Assembly: GCF_964204645.1 (NCBI RefSeq)
Contig: NC_134029.1
Span: forward strand, 2,232,001-2,296,000
Length of the DNA: 64,000 bases
Source: Tubulanus polymorphus
Lineage: Eukaryota; Animalia; Nemertea
Direction of reading: 5' to 3'
The notes under the pieces are model-generated. The model ran no database searches. It worked only from the letters and a program-made list of their open reading frames with translations, and was not told the DNA's origin. How positions within the stretch are numbered: the first letter of the stretch is position 1; each line of letters begins with the position of its first letter. Both the position numbers and the translations under genes were made by a program. This document shows, piece by piece, positions 1-11,842 of this stretch.

Positions 1-61
1 ATCATTACCAAATCTTCTTAATGGAAGTTACTTCTATAGATTGTCAGTAGACTAGCATTAC

Positions 62-200
62 CTGTAGTCCAATTAAATCCATAAGCCCAATTAGACCGGC
101 AAGTGTATTCATCTTTACAATCATTCCACCAGCTATCGCACTCACTCTTGCACAGAGGAACTTTCACGAATCGTTCATTTCTAATTTTAGACTGGGATAC
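62..200 (-). CDS. Folate receptor-like gene, coding exon 3 (VSQSKIRNERFVKVPLCKSECDSWWNDCKDEYTCRSNWAYGFNWTT-G); gene continues left of the window
   Basis: Translated by hand (not in the ORF track). TTCTAG acceptor (203-201), CAG|GTAATG donor at 61; 139 nt, phase 1 end; aligns with FOLR1 [41 protein letters not shown]. Confidence 0.95.
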
Positions 201-333
201 CTAGAACACAAAATGTTGAAATCAATTAAGACCTTCAATATTGTGAATCTAATATCCGTAGAGGTTGATATCAAAGTTTTACAATCAGGAAAAAGATTAA
301 GGAAGAAGAATTGATAAAAGTGTAGCTAATTAC

Positions 334-525
334 CTTCACAAGCCAAGGACCAACGTTTGGTGAACACTCATAAAAACAGAGATCTCTAAGAAAATGCCTT
401 TTACATTTAGCGGACATGTGATGACCAGGGCAGTGGTTATAATTGAAGTTATACATCACATGCTGTTTAGTAATATTTTCTGATATGTCCGTCGTACAGC
501 ACGACCGTTTCTGCCAATCACTGCA
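334..525 (-). CDS. Folate receptor-like gene, coding exon 2 (CSDWQKRSCC...CKRHFLRDLCFYECSPNVGPWLVK)
   Basis: TTCAG acceptor (528-526), AAG|GTAATT donor at 333; 192 nt, phase 0/0; motifs YNFNYNHC, CKRHF and CFYECSPN.GPW are typical of the Folate_rec family. Confidence 0.95.
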
Positions 526-599
526 CTGAATGAACAAAAATAACACAATTTTCTTGAATATAAATTTGAATATTCATTCAGATTAATAATGAAGGTGCA

Positions 600-796
600 T
601 TAACCCTTTCGGTGCATCTGCATTGCAGTGCGGTGTGTAAATCAGTCATAATGACTTAGCTACCTGTTAAACATAGTGAAATATAAGTAACTAACGATAC
701 ATACACCGTGCGTTATGCATCGCACTGGGGTGAATTGTTTAAAACTTATCTCCAGCACTTTCAGGTATTTAATTAGTCAGCACTGAAAGGGTTTAA
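600..796. mobile_element. piggyBac-type MITE (about 190 bp) in the first coding-region intron of the FOLR-like gene
   Basis: TTAA(600-603)-CCCTTTCGGTGC ... GCACTGAAAGGG(780-791)-TTTAA: 12-bp TIR with one mismatch, CCC/GGG termini, TTAA-type flanks, no coding capacity. Confidence 0.75.
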
Positions 797-806
797 TAAT
801 ACTTAC

Positions 807-983
807 CGGTCCATGTAAAACGCTTTCTTCAGTCGGCACTTGTTTGTGGTGGTTTCCGCGAGGACATATATTCAAAAAATCACCGGCACTTTTTAGATAT
901 TTCAATCTATTTTCTGTATTGACATCAGTAAACAGTAATGCACTGATGATTACAAGTAGCAGTAATGATGATGTTGATGACAT
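807..983 (-). CDS. Folate receptor-like (FOLR/riboflavin-binding protein family) gene, coding exon 1: signal peptide and N-terminus (MSSTSSLLLLVIISALLFTDVNTENRLKYLKSAGDFLNICPRGNHHKQVPTEESVLHGP)
   Basis: ATG at 983-981; hydrophobic signal peptide; LNIC-x4-HHK-x2-P-x2-E-x2-LH matches the FOLR N-terminus; ends at GTAAGT donor (806-801); 177 nt, phase 0. Confidence 0.9.
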
Positions 984-1129
984 CACTGAATTCTACAGAA
1001 AACAAACAGAAAAAAATTACAAACAAGACACCGAATTTCTGGTGTTGAAAGTCGTGAGCCCACAGCAAAATTCACATTACAAATCTTGTCTTTGAACTTC
1101 ATAAAGACAAGATCAAACACTAAACATAC

Positions 1130-1533
1130 CAGTTGTTTTTCGATCATATTATTATAAGGAAAAATCAACGATTTACGAAGAATTATTCTTTAGTAGGCAC
1201 ACTATTAGGTTACAATTTAAATGTTTAAGTCGTCGTATCGTGTCTAACATTTTTGAGTCAATAAAGTTTTATTGAATTGTATTGTATTGTTACGAAGAAG
1301 ACGCGTGAATGCAACAGTATTTTCCAATTGATAAAGTAAAGTTATAATGTGCGATGAAGTACAAATTATATTTTCAATTTTTCTGCATTGTAAAATTTCA
1401 TCGGAATTTCACATAACACAGAGTTATGTGATTTGCAACGATTGTGGAGGCGCTAATTTACGCAACATTTTAGTACAGCCGGTTCGCAACATATTAGTTT
1501 GCTAAATTTTTTCTCGCGGAACAAGAACGAAAG
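1130..1533. promoter_or_regulatory. Divergent (bidirectional) promoter region and 5' UTRs shared by FOLR-like (-) and SUB1 (+)
   Basis: Start codons at 983 (-) and 1534 (+) point apart. A probable FOLR 5'UTR intron (CTG|GTATGT donor at 1129; polypyrimidine plus AG acceptor at about 986-995) leaves about 400 bp for both TSSs. Confidence 0.65.
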
Positions 1534-1590
1534 ATGCCGAAAACAAAGGAATTCATCAGTTCTTCCGAAGATTCAGATTCTGAAGTTGAG
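1534..1590 (+). CDS. SUB1: SUB1/PC4 transcriptional coactivator p15, exon 1 (MPKTKEFISSSEDSDSEVE)
   Basis: Serine/acidic N-terminus like human [30 protein letters not shown] donor at 1591. Exons 1534-1590, 2168-2290, 2507-2612 and 2706-2785 join to 366 nt = 121 aa plus stop. Confidence 0.93.
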
Positions 1591-1759
1591 GTGAGTGATA
1601 AATAAAACGATCCACGAACTACTGCTATTTGTCTTCAGTTGTCACTCGGTTCCGTTTGAATCGGGATTCTCTATGTACCCTCCTCGCACCAGCTTCCCTC
1701 GCCTCGCTCCCTAAAATTTAAAAACGCATTTCTAGAGCTACGGCGTCGTATCGGAAAAA

Positions 1760-1771
1760 CAAAATGGCGGC
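1760..1771 (+). promoter_or_regulatory. YY1-type motif CAAAATGGCGGC in SUB1 intron 1
   Basis: Exact match to the YY1 consensus inside a CpG-rich patch just downstream of a housekeeping-gene start; motif only. Confidence 0.5.
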
Positions 1772-2167
1772 TTTTTGAACCGCAAAAACTTCCATAGAGG
1801 ATTGATTTGTGGGATGTTATCTTATGCAGCATTATCTAATTTAGTGTGCAAGATGTCAGTAAGGTCAAGATGTGAACCAAATTCAGATTGGTGCCAGCAT
1901 TTCAATCTGGCTTTGTTGGGAGAGTGCTGTGCACGCTACCGTGTCTGGTGCTTTTGTGTTGGGATACCAATATTCGCCTTTTATTACTTCAAGTTTTCTA
2001 AATACAGCGGATTCGCACATGCATATGGATTGTTTCTGGGATGCTCTAAATTTAAAACATTACACAAATAACACTGGCCTCATCTTTTTCCATTATGTTA
2101 TACATGAATGTTTGTCATCTGGAAAAATACCTATAAGACGTTATAATGATTATTTCTGTCTGAATAG

Positions 2168-2290
2168 CAACCAAAGAAGAAAAAGTCGAAGAGTGAAGAT
2201 AAGAAAGCTAAGAAGAAGGCATCTTCCCCACCCCCAGCTGATGAGGATGATGGAACAATGAAGGGTGAATCAGGAGAGACTATGTATAAG
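2168..2290 (+). CDS. SUB1: SUB1/PC4 exon 2 (QPKKKKSKSEDKKAKKKASSPPPADEDDGTMKGESGETMYK)
   Basis: TAG acceptor 2165-2167, AAG|GTAGGT donor; 123 nt, phase 0; lysine-rich region of PC4. Confidence 0.92.
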
Positions 2291-2506
2291 GTAGGTTAAT
2301 TCCAATCAGTTTAATTATTTCTAACAAGTCAATAATTAGTTGATAATGATATCTTTAGATGTCATGACCATTCAGTAACTGGCGGAGTATACTAAGCTAG
2401 ACACCCCTAGATGTCAGCACTGTACCTGTATTGTTCAACTGATTTAACCTTCATCATTTATTAAGATTAAACTGTATTTTAAACTGTATTTTCTCTGATT
2501 TCGTAG

Positions 2507-2612
2507 CTCTCTAAAATGAGATTTGTTTCTGTGTCGGAATTTCGTGGTAAACCGCTGGTGAATATCAGAGAATATTACGATAAAGATGGAGATCTGAAAC
2601 CGGGAAGAAAAG
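2507..2612 (+). CDS. SUB1: SUB1/PC4 exon 3 ([36 protein letters not shown])
   Basis: TAG acceptor 2504-2506, AAG|GTAAAA donor; core PC4 ssDNA-binding motif F.GK..V.IREYY...KPG.KG. Confidence 0.96.
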
Positions 2613-2705
2613 GTAAAATTCGATTAATTCTGATCTGATTCAGTGACTCGCGACAAAATTCCTGAATTACTTTTTATATTTTGATCTCCTGTATTTTTAC
2701 TATAG

Positions 2706-2785
2706 GAATATCACTATCGATTGACCAGTGGAACATGTTGAAACAGAATATGGATGCAATTGATAAAGACGTCAAGAAATTGTAG
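2706..2785 (+). CDS. SUB1: SUB1/PC4 exon 4 (GISLSIDQWNMLKQNMDAIDKDVKKL*)
   Basis: TAG acceptor 2703-2705; GISL...QW..LK...ID motif; stop TAG at 2783-2785. Confidence 0.96.
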
Positions 2786-3207
2786 GCAGAAAAAAAGGAT
2801 GTGAGTGGATGGTAAAAGTACCCTCGCAGATTCCCGTCTGGCCCTGTCTCTGCGTCACTGTAGTTTATTTTATCACACAGCAGGGAAAACTGATTATTGT
2901 AGTGAAATAATGTTGTAAAGAATTTGTCAGGGTTCGTACTGAGAATCATTTAGTAATAATTTTTTCAAGGCTTCGAAATATTGTGAAATTTTAAGTTTTG
3001 TGTCTGAAACTATGGAATTTTTGAAATGTGGTATTAATTACTCATGGTTTTAGTAACGAAGCCAAGCATTTATTTTCATAAACTTTCATTTCTGTCTTAG
3101 TGAGTCTCACATTTAGTAGCATTAAGAAATTTTCATTTTTGGCCCTCTCAAATATCAGAGACTGTAAATAGTACGAACCCTCGGAGAGGAAATTTTTATA
3201 CTAAGAT

Positions 3208-3213
3208 AATAAA
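3208..3213 (+). terminator. Candidate SUB1 polyadenylation signal AATAAA
   Basis: AATAAA about 420 nt after the stop codon; another lies near 3348. The hexamer is common in AT-rich DNA. Confidence 0.3.
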
Positions 3214-3544
3214 ATGGGACTGTCCGAGATGTTCAATAGATACATTATATCTCGGGGCTAAGCATTTTTGAAACGTAATGAAAAAACCATTTTTGACCCT
3301 GATAGATGTCAACGAATGTAATTGATTGATATTTGTGTATTTTCTGTAATAAAAACATTTGTCTTAAGTTTGATCTTGAATTTTTCAATTTATGGATGGA
3401 ATTTTTTAGGATACATTTTTCTCGACTGACTACGGCCGGAAGACGATGCAATATTCAAAACGTTTTAATCGGTTTCGAGGATGTGCCCCGATGATGCTGC
3501 TGCTATAAATATGAAAAGGATAGCGATTTAGTTGATATCGTGTC

Positions 3545-3558
3545 CCACCAGATGGTGC
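3545..3558 (+). promoter_or_regulatory. CTCF-like motif CCACCAGATGGTGC
   Basis: Close match to the CTCF core (CCACCAGATGGCGC with a CG-to-TG change), located just beyond the SUB1 3' end; motif only. Confidence 0.4.
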
Positions 3559-5940
3559 GACCGGGCATCGTTCGTACTCAGCCGCGTTCCTAATGACCCT
3601 TCATCATAGAAAACAATCGAGCGCCATATAAAATAATACACGATGAAATGATTATGAATTCTAAACACATCTATAACGGACGTAAAGTTCCTCTGAACAT
3701 ATTGCAACATCCGGAGTCATGCATTAATTAATCTACTTGTAGAAATGGCCTGACGACTCAATAATGGCAAAATGACTTTTGAGTCCTAACTGAGAGTGCT
3801 TAGCCTAGATTTATATGTCTTTCGGAGCAGCTTAACCTGTACTTTTCCGTAACTTTATTTGCTGCTGATCTCGCTGGCAAATATACTTCACATCAGATTT
3901 CTTTGTTTCTATATAAACAATGATGTTTAATAAGTTATCAAATTTGTGTCCATGAATTGGTCTATCGTCGTACGGGTTCTCGCCGCGAGGAGATAGAAAG
4001 ACCGTATTCACAAAAATGATAGTTGGTTGAAATGAGGTAAAATATTCTAGTCAGTTTCATTCTAATAACGCGCAGCTCTATTTCAATCTTCTCTCAAACA
4101 AGAAGACGCACCAAAAACGAAAAACCCACGAAAATTGACTGAATAATAATAAGTGTAGATATATTTCGGGCCGGGTTCTCAGTCAAAAAGTCGCATGATT
4201 TCAACATTTCGGACTAGTCAATTATTTCATTATTTTAATGTCGTGCCGTGGGCTGATAATAGCGCTCTCAGACCACGGTCCGTCTTTGTTGATAGCTGCT
4301 GAAAGTATAATCTGATTGGCGCGGATGACGACAGTACCGCGAGCTCTCAAATAAATCCTCATTATTATATAACCGAAGCTAATCGCGATATACTGGAAAC
4401 ATCGAGCCGGAATATTGTGTGAAAAATCGCTGATGGCGACGTCATCAAAGGCTTTACTTTAAAGGTATTATCGTCGCTAATATGCTTTATTATCGTAATA
4501 ACAGGATTCTTTGCACAACATAGAAATATAATCCAACGGTAACGTCGCGTTATAATGATAAGTAATCTGATTGGTGGGGTAGGGGTTAATCAGCTTTGAT
4601 GTTTTCTGGTTGATTAGTCAGTTTGCATACAGCCTGCAGATATTATTTGTTGAAAAAAGAGGTATTTTCATTGAACACGAGTGGTGGAGTTTCGATGGAA
4701 TGTCAGTTTCGTGTGGATGATTTCTAGATGTAACATAAACGAGTGTTCTCAAGTTCATCGCGTGTTTCTCATTTCAAATAGTGTCTAGTTGTTCTTGGGC
4801 GTTAAAGCTTTTTAAAAATATCATCAATTTCCATCACCTGCGGTTGTTTATCGTTTCTTTTCATCTCCAACAATCAAAACGTCCTCAGAAAGGGCTAGAA
4901 ACTGTTCAGATCGGATATATTTAGATTGCGCAATGTTTTATATTCGAGGGGTTTATATGAATACATATATATGATTAGTTTGCGAAGTGTGTTTTTGATT
5001 AACGAACGAAGCTTTAATGAGACTCAGCTGTTTTATAGGAAGGAATCTCTCATGCCTGACTCTTGTATCTCTGGAATATATGGGCATTGATTACTGCTTT
5101 CTGAAGCACGGACAGTGGACAGCTGTTTAATAAGCAGAAATAATGAGAACTTGTGGCTAATTGGTCTTATAATAGATACTCGGACACTGGGATATCATAT
5201 CTCCTTTCGGAAAATGCCATCACTTCGCCAGACTTCGGATATAAAATGTTCTATTTTTGTATATATCGGAAATGTCAAAGTTGCTGACATAGAAAACTCA
5301 CAAAAAGAAAAGTCATCCAAAACACGAATAACCAATGGGAGACTAATTTACCGTCAGTAAGAAATGTGTATTGAGTATAGGAATAGTTGATAACGGTCAC
5401 ATAACCTGTTTTTACACCTCTCGATGTCTGCCAAACATAAACCGTGTAAAAACAAAATTAGATTTCATCAAAATCAAACTTTGTCAACCATGGATCCAGT
5501 TTCTCGCACCTCCAGTTCATCGGTCCTGAGTAAGGCTTAATATAACTCATTTGAAATGGAATAATTTGGCATAACTTTCTTTCTTACTCACAACTTTGCA
5601 ACTGGATGCTGTAGGAAACTCGTCCGGCTAATCTCGTGACTTCATAGTCGGCGGAGATATTAACTATTTCATTTAATCAGGAGAGATATGGTGTACTGCA
5701 CTGATACTCGATACTGCCTCAATATACACTGTCTACTCGAGCAGCTTCATAAACCGATTATCAATATGATTCTACCTGCACGCACGACATAACGATAATA
5801 AAACAGATCAATGCTTATGATCAGTAGCAGATTTTCAATCACGACTAATCGATAGTCTATAAAAATGATTATATCGCGGTGAATTGAGTTGATTGCGTGC
5901 TGTATGTGCCACACACGTAGCCGGTGCAATCTGGTGCTCG

Positions 5941-5961
5941 CAGCAGCAGCAGCAGCAGCAG
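5941..5961 (+). repeat. (CAG)7 microsatellite
   Basis: Read directly. Confidence 0.95.
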
Positions 5962-5985
5962 CCACATTCGTAATCCTAATCACCT

Positions 5986-6114
5986 GGGGCCAGTTGCACA
6001 GTCGTGACTTAAGTCCAAAAGTCTTCTTAAATCTTAAGACTGGTCTTACGTTGTTAGATTGGCTTTAGAACTAAGTTGGTCTTGGACTGGTCTTAAGTCT
6101 AAGCTTGACAGTGT
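5986..6114 (+). mobile_element. Small hairpin/MITE-like repeat family A, copy 1
   Basis: GGGGCCAGTTGCACAGTCGTGACTTAAGTCCAAAAGT...CTTAAGACTGGTCTT...; aligns by eye with 11726-11842 (reverse) and 25856-25987; right end decayed. Confidence 0.75.
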
Positions 6115-9100
6115 TTAATCTCAGTTCTAAAGTTCCTGGTTAAATTCCGAAGTTAAATTTGACTCAATGTGGCGAAAGATCAGAAATAGCTACAACTTCG
6201 AAAAATAAAACTGATTACTGGAGGAAATTATATAACATGCACTGCATCGAAATACGTTACTTTTTCATGAATTACACATTAACGCATTTCTTCATACTGC
6301 AAGTTTTCATGAAAATAAAAATCGCGTGAACAGAACTTATGATATATTTTTCTGCCGTGATATTCGCGTTTGTTCATTTAGAAGAGAGACGAGTAATCGG
6401 AAATCAATTGCAAACATATTCTTTTAATTTCACCCCGTATGTTCTTCTCTTCACACGAAAGTGCACATTGTATCGACCATTTTCAAACGGTTTACATCAG
6501 AAATATACATAGAAATTGGATGTATTATTGGTTATCAATATGAAAACAAGATTTAGAGAAACTTGAATCATGCGGAGGATGAGGATTCAGTACAAAACAA
6601 TTTGCGGGTGTGTATCTGTTTCACAAAACTGGATATAACCGATACTGAATAATGAATATACTTAAATATATTGAATATAGCCGCAAAGCAGCGATGATAG
6701 GTTTTCTGCATATTTGCAATAGCAACTGCGAGAAAAACGTATTACACACATATACATATTTTATATGTCTGGGATTCGTGCATTATCGGCTTTTAGGCTG
6801 ATTTTCTATGACTAATATCTTATATTTTCCTTCGGGATGTTGCTTTGAAAACAATCATAATTGACAATCAATTTTATGGTTGAGAGGGGTATAAATTGAT
6901 AACATGTTTTTTACCTGCCACAGAGCCGTTTGTAACTACTATTCTACATTAGAAAGCAGATCGTGGGCAGTTTTATGGAGCCAAATTGTCTTGCGAAACT
7001 GAATTTTCTTTCCATCCCTCGCAATTTATGGTCATCAGTTTCCAATGAATCATTAAATTGTTTGCGATGTTCTGCAGTGAAAAGACTCAATATCTGGCGA
7101 AATAATTCATTTTGTCATGATGATTACAGCCATTATCCTTTCTCATCGAAATCTGCCCGGTTAAGAGCGCTGGCCGTGTGCAATGACTTATCGTAGGGAG
7201 GCCTAATCAACCTAACTACCAGTCGCTCGGATCCGCCCAACGTAGCTTACAACGTCTTTAACGTGAAGATAGTCCCCGTGCATTCTTTCTTCTCCTTCGA
7301 AAGCTTTTACTTATAACGAAGTGCGCGACGCGAACTGTATACGCACGCACGGTGGAACTTTCATGAATAATTGATTGTGAGTTACGGCTCTAAAGCGAGT
7401 AGATAGTAAAATAGCGATGTGAAATTCGAAACTCGGAGATAATTGATTTCAATGAATGAAGTTGCATCTTATGTTATACCAATACATCGAAATTCTTAGC
7501 GTAAAATATTTCCAAGTGCTTCACTTATACGTCTCACGTGCGTCAGACGATACTGTTTTAACTCGTCTCGGAATCCCTTATATCTTCATACAAGACTGAC
7601 ACGATTTGAAACGTAGATCTTGCTTTTAAACGGTGCCCAATATTCTGAAATATAAGACTTTCAGAAACGAAACTGTTGGCTACGTCATCAATATTCGATA
7701 CACAATATGAAGTCATCTCAGCGGTTTTGATAGGTTAAAAGTTATCGGTGTCGTCTTATGAATGTTTATCTGTTCACGGGAGCCGTCAGAGGAGTATTTC
7801 TGGTATGACGAACACTAAACGTCCATTGGTTGCTGATATATCCAGTTAATCAAATGATATAAAAGGATATCGCGTATGAATCCGCAGAAAATGATTATAT
7901 TTTCTCGTCGAGTAATAACATGTTTATGTCCACCACGCGCGCAGTGGTTGTCCGGTAATCTGAAAGCATCATTTCTCTCGGTTTATCAATAAATGAATTC
8001 CGTGCTGTGGTCAATAATAACATCATCGTATATCACACATAGATATAAGACTCGTACAGCGCGATAAAACAATATAGAGATCGTTTACGATTGTATTTTC
8101 TGTTTTTACGAGGACGGCAGCTCGTCATCAAATAACTTTACATCGAGTCACGTGTTATTACCAAAAACAAAACCTAGGAATGCAGAACTTCATGTTATAG
8201 ACATAAAAACCTATCGGATAGATTGTGGAAAGGTAGTGTGTCTATAGTAGAACACACTTTTTGGAAAGGGAGTTAGCCTGGCCCTTGGGGTTAGTCCTGA
8301 CGGCTGGTACGAGAGTGAAGACTCACTACTAGGCAGGCTCCGTATTAGCAAAGCGCTGGTAGGTCTGAGGTGCCCGCAAAGTATGGATTGAAACATTTGA
8401 GATGATTTCGTTATTTGGATACGAATACAGCCCCTGCAAGTATATTCTACTGTGGTATATGCCGTGTTTTACCACCTACATCAATCTACATTTACTCAAG
8501 TCTATTACACATGCAATGGCCGCTGATGCTGGCTTAATTTTTTCCCCATTTCGCTGACCTCATCGGCTTCGGTTCGTACAATTAACCTCTATCTCCATAA
8601 CCTCAGCGTGTCCGCCGAGACTTATGATTTAGCTAGTTAATACCAAACGACCTGCGCACCATTTACTAGCGGTAATTTGCTAGATCTTGTCCGTGTAACC
8701 TTGTTTTGTCTATGCGATATACATTACCACGGGAAATAAAACTAATTGCTCCGTCGTGTCACTTAATTTCATCTCGTGTCGTGAAGCGAACGTATTGGTG
8801 GCTGACCACGCTTCTAGTGCGTTGTTTATAGGTTGCAGGTATATGAAAGGTTTTGCTGTAGCTGGGGCCGACAACAGAACGATTTCAGGTACCTAGATAT
8901 TAATGTCCGTGACGATTGCTATAAAGAATGAACAAAACCGTATTTTCATTAATGAAGATAAAAGGTTCTCGACATTCTAGAAATGCGGCGGGATATTGAG
9001 CGATTTACGGACTTATGTTGAGAAAGTCAGACGCTTAGTTCAACCTCTTCTCCAAACCCCTTCCCAACCCGAACTCAACATTTCAATCTCCCACTGAAAC

Positions 9101-11725
9101 CACTACTTCATGCACGTGTGTAGATTCGATTGTACTGTACGTTTCAAGGGTTTTATGCCTATAACATACAATCCTGTACACGTTGTTATTAGAAAAAGCC
9201 ATCACTATCCATCTCCCGTTCCTATGTCTCATCGTTCTTCAATGGTTTTACCCATGCATTCTTTTTTCCAAATATCCAGATTTATCACGAGAGTCCATTC
9301 TCGCCATAGTCAATTTTACCAGTCGACGATGTATTTCTATTATTGCCCGAGACAAAGATAAAAACTTGAGAATTTTCTACCTGAAGAGATCATCATGTTT
9401 GAGAGATGCCTACAACAGTGACAATCGATACTAGCATTGTCCTTCACTAATAGATTGAAAGACGATTTACTAACGGAAGACATCACGAACAATGACTCGA
9501 GGATTACCCAGTGAAGTAACATTAAAAACAATAGATAGCCTTCACATGACCCTTACATCACCTTGTCGTAGCTCTGAACGCTGGGGCTGCTGCTGCTGCT
9601 GCTGATGTCGTCGCTAAAACAATCTTTTGTTTCAGAAATAAATTCACCGCGCATCGACATCGCCCGTAGACCGAACTAAATGGATTTATTGGAAAGCTTG
9701 GCATATGAATCTCTCCGGAGACGTTTAAAGAGTCTCAGCTCCGAACATCTAAAAACTACAGCATTGATTTAATAATTCCCAGATGTTTGGTTGTATCCGA
9801 ATTTGTACATGTTTTGCATTATGAGATTATCGTAAGATTTGCCAGCTCGTCGCGTCCGTGAAAGAAAGGGAAGACCACGGAAATTTCCATCTAGAAAAAA
9901 TTGTAATTGGGAACGGGTATCATATCGAAGGGTTAAACGTGAAAAAGACTTAGCGATTATAGCTCAGCACACCTGTGTGGTTATGTTTGTTCGGTCTTAG
10001 CGATGATAGGAAGATTGTTTGATTATGAGGGAGACTGTCATCTAATCCTCTCGAGGTGAACGTGGTTAATTCCAGTACGGCAGATGTCGGGTAATGACCG
10101 AGTCAAATTGTTGTTTGTCTCAAGGTTGCGGAGGCCGAAGACAACAAGTTCTCACAAACAACCTCTCATCATCAGGGGCTACAGTGTCTATCTATCTATA
10201 CCTATTGACGTATATTTAAAGTGTTAATCTAAATCTGATGATCGCTTTACGATGATTAATGGTTGCTACATGGTCTGTCAGCTGTCGATGCTGTAACTAT
10301 TACAAATTGTTCCCTCTGGATACTTGTTTTCCAATCTGTCACATTCCCATTGCCCAGTTTCTGGAATTGACCGTCTGTAAGGCAGTATTGGGACGTCTGA
10401 TCGACTCAAATTAAAACGAACATATCAGATGAGACCCGCTCTAGACTATGCCTATAGCAATATAGGTACTTCGTTTCCATTGGTGAATGTTTTGCTCAAC
10501 AATGACGTTTAGAATAGTACTCCCATCTGGCTTTATTTACTGATATTCTGTCTTCAACAGCTTCATTACAACGAATCACCATTATTTTCATACACTTCAG
10601 CATTTCTATTTGCTGTCTATGTTTTGTGTGACGTGTAGAACTCTTATCATCCGGCCGGATGCCATTCGTGTCCTAAACCTGTCGAAATATAAAAGAACAC
10701 GAAAAATTCATAAAAATGAAGACGACGCCGATGGTTCATCTCGTAAATGTTAAATGATTGTCTATTTGCATAACGAACAGGGTGTAATGTGATTAACTTA
10801 CGACTAATGATAGTTGGAAAGGGTCTAATATCGTGCGGAGATGTCATCATGTGAGCGACAATGTCATCGCCATTTACTTACAGTCATGATTCTTTCTCAT
10901 TTCCCTGTTGGTCTAACAACCCGGTGCAACTCGGCCGAGATGCCTGATGACAAATTAACAGGGTCGCGACGGCATTTTCTAATTTCCTTTCTAAGACCTG
11001 ACGCGTAATTACACATATTACCTATATATCATTAATGACTGGGCAAAACAGGTTTTACGTCATCAGGTTTTTTTTTCTAATTAGGTGCTGGCTTTTTGCG
11101 CTCAAGGTTGTTGTTGACATAATAAAGGTTGTTTTTCGTGGACTGAAAAAATTGGCGCTATCAAGCGAACACTCTTCCGAGAAATTTAAGGCTTGGTTAA
11201 CCTTCCCTCGACTGATCTTACCAATCTATTCATAGGAAAATCTCAAGCAAAAAGCTCGCATGAGGCACTCAACCTCTTGAGATCAATGATACGAAATGTG
11301 GATGATTATTTATCCGGATAAACCGCAGCTTTTCTTCAGGTATTGGACATAGTGTTAGGGTGTCGTGCGGGGGTCTAGGCGGTGCGACCAGTTAAGATAC
11401 GTGTTGTGGTTTCAACGGGAATCAATCACTCACTAAATCAGTCGCAATAAACAGCGAAAACATGGCCGCGTATTATCATCAGGATCATGATTAGAATACG
11501 TGATTATGTACACATTTTCATTAGCGCTGAGACGTGTACCGGTATGTGAGTAGATCGACACTCCTGTGTTCTATTAAACGAGCAGTTGTGTAGGAAAATG
11601 TTTCCTTATTTGTTCGTCACAGCCTTGCGATTTTTTCCAACATTTTAAAGGTCTATTGAATATTCGTCATTTTCAGGATGGTGCTGGTGATATTACGGTG
11701 TATTTCGGTGTACGGACTGGAGTCA

Positions 11726-11842
11726 GGAGCCAGTATCACACTTAGATTAAACACCATTCTCTGTTTTCTAGTAAATCCAACAACCCTGTCTTAAGATGTA
11801 AGACCACTTTTGGACTTGAATCACGACTGTGTACCGGACTCC
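11726..11842 (-). mobile_element. MITE-like family A, copy 2
   Basis: Reverse complement reads GAGTCCGGTACACAGTCGTGATTCAAGTCCAAAAGTGGTCTTACATCTTAAGAC..., matching copy 1; imperfect inverted ends GGAGCCAGTATCACA / TGTGTACCGGACTCC. Confidence 0.75.

Noticed and set aside
1775-2261. ORFs of 98 and 129 aa over SUB1 intron 1
   Set aside because: They are intronic or out of frame with the real SUB1 exon 2.
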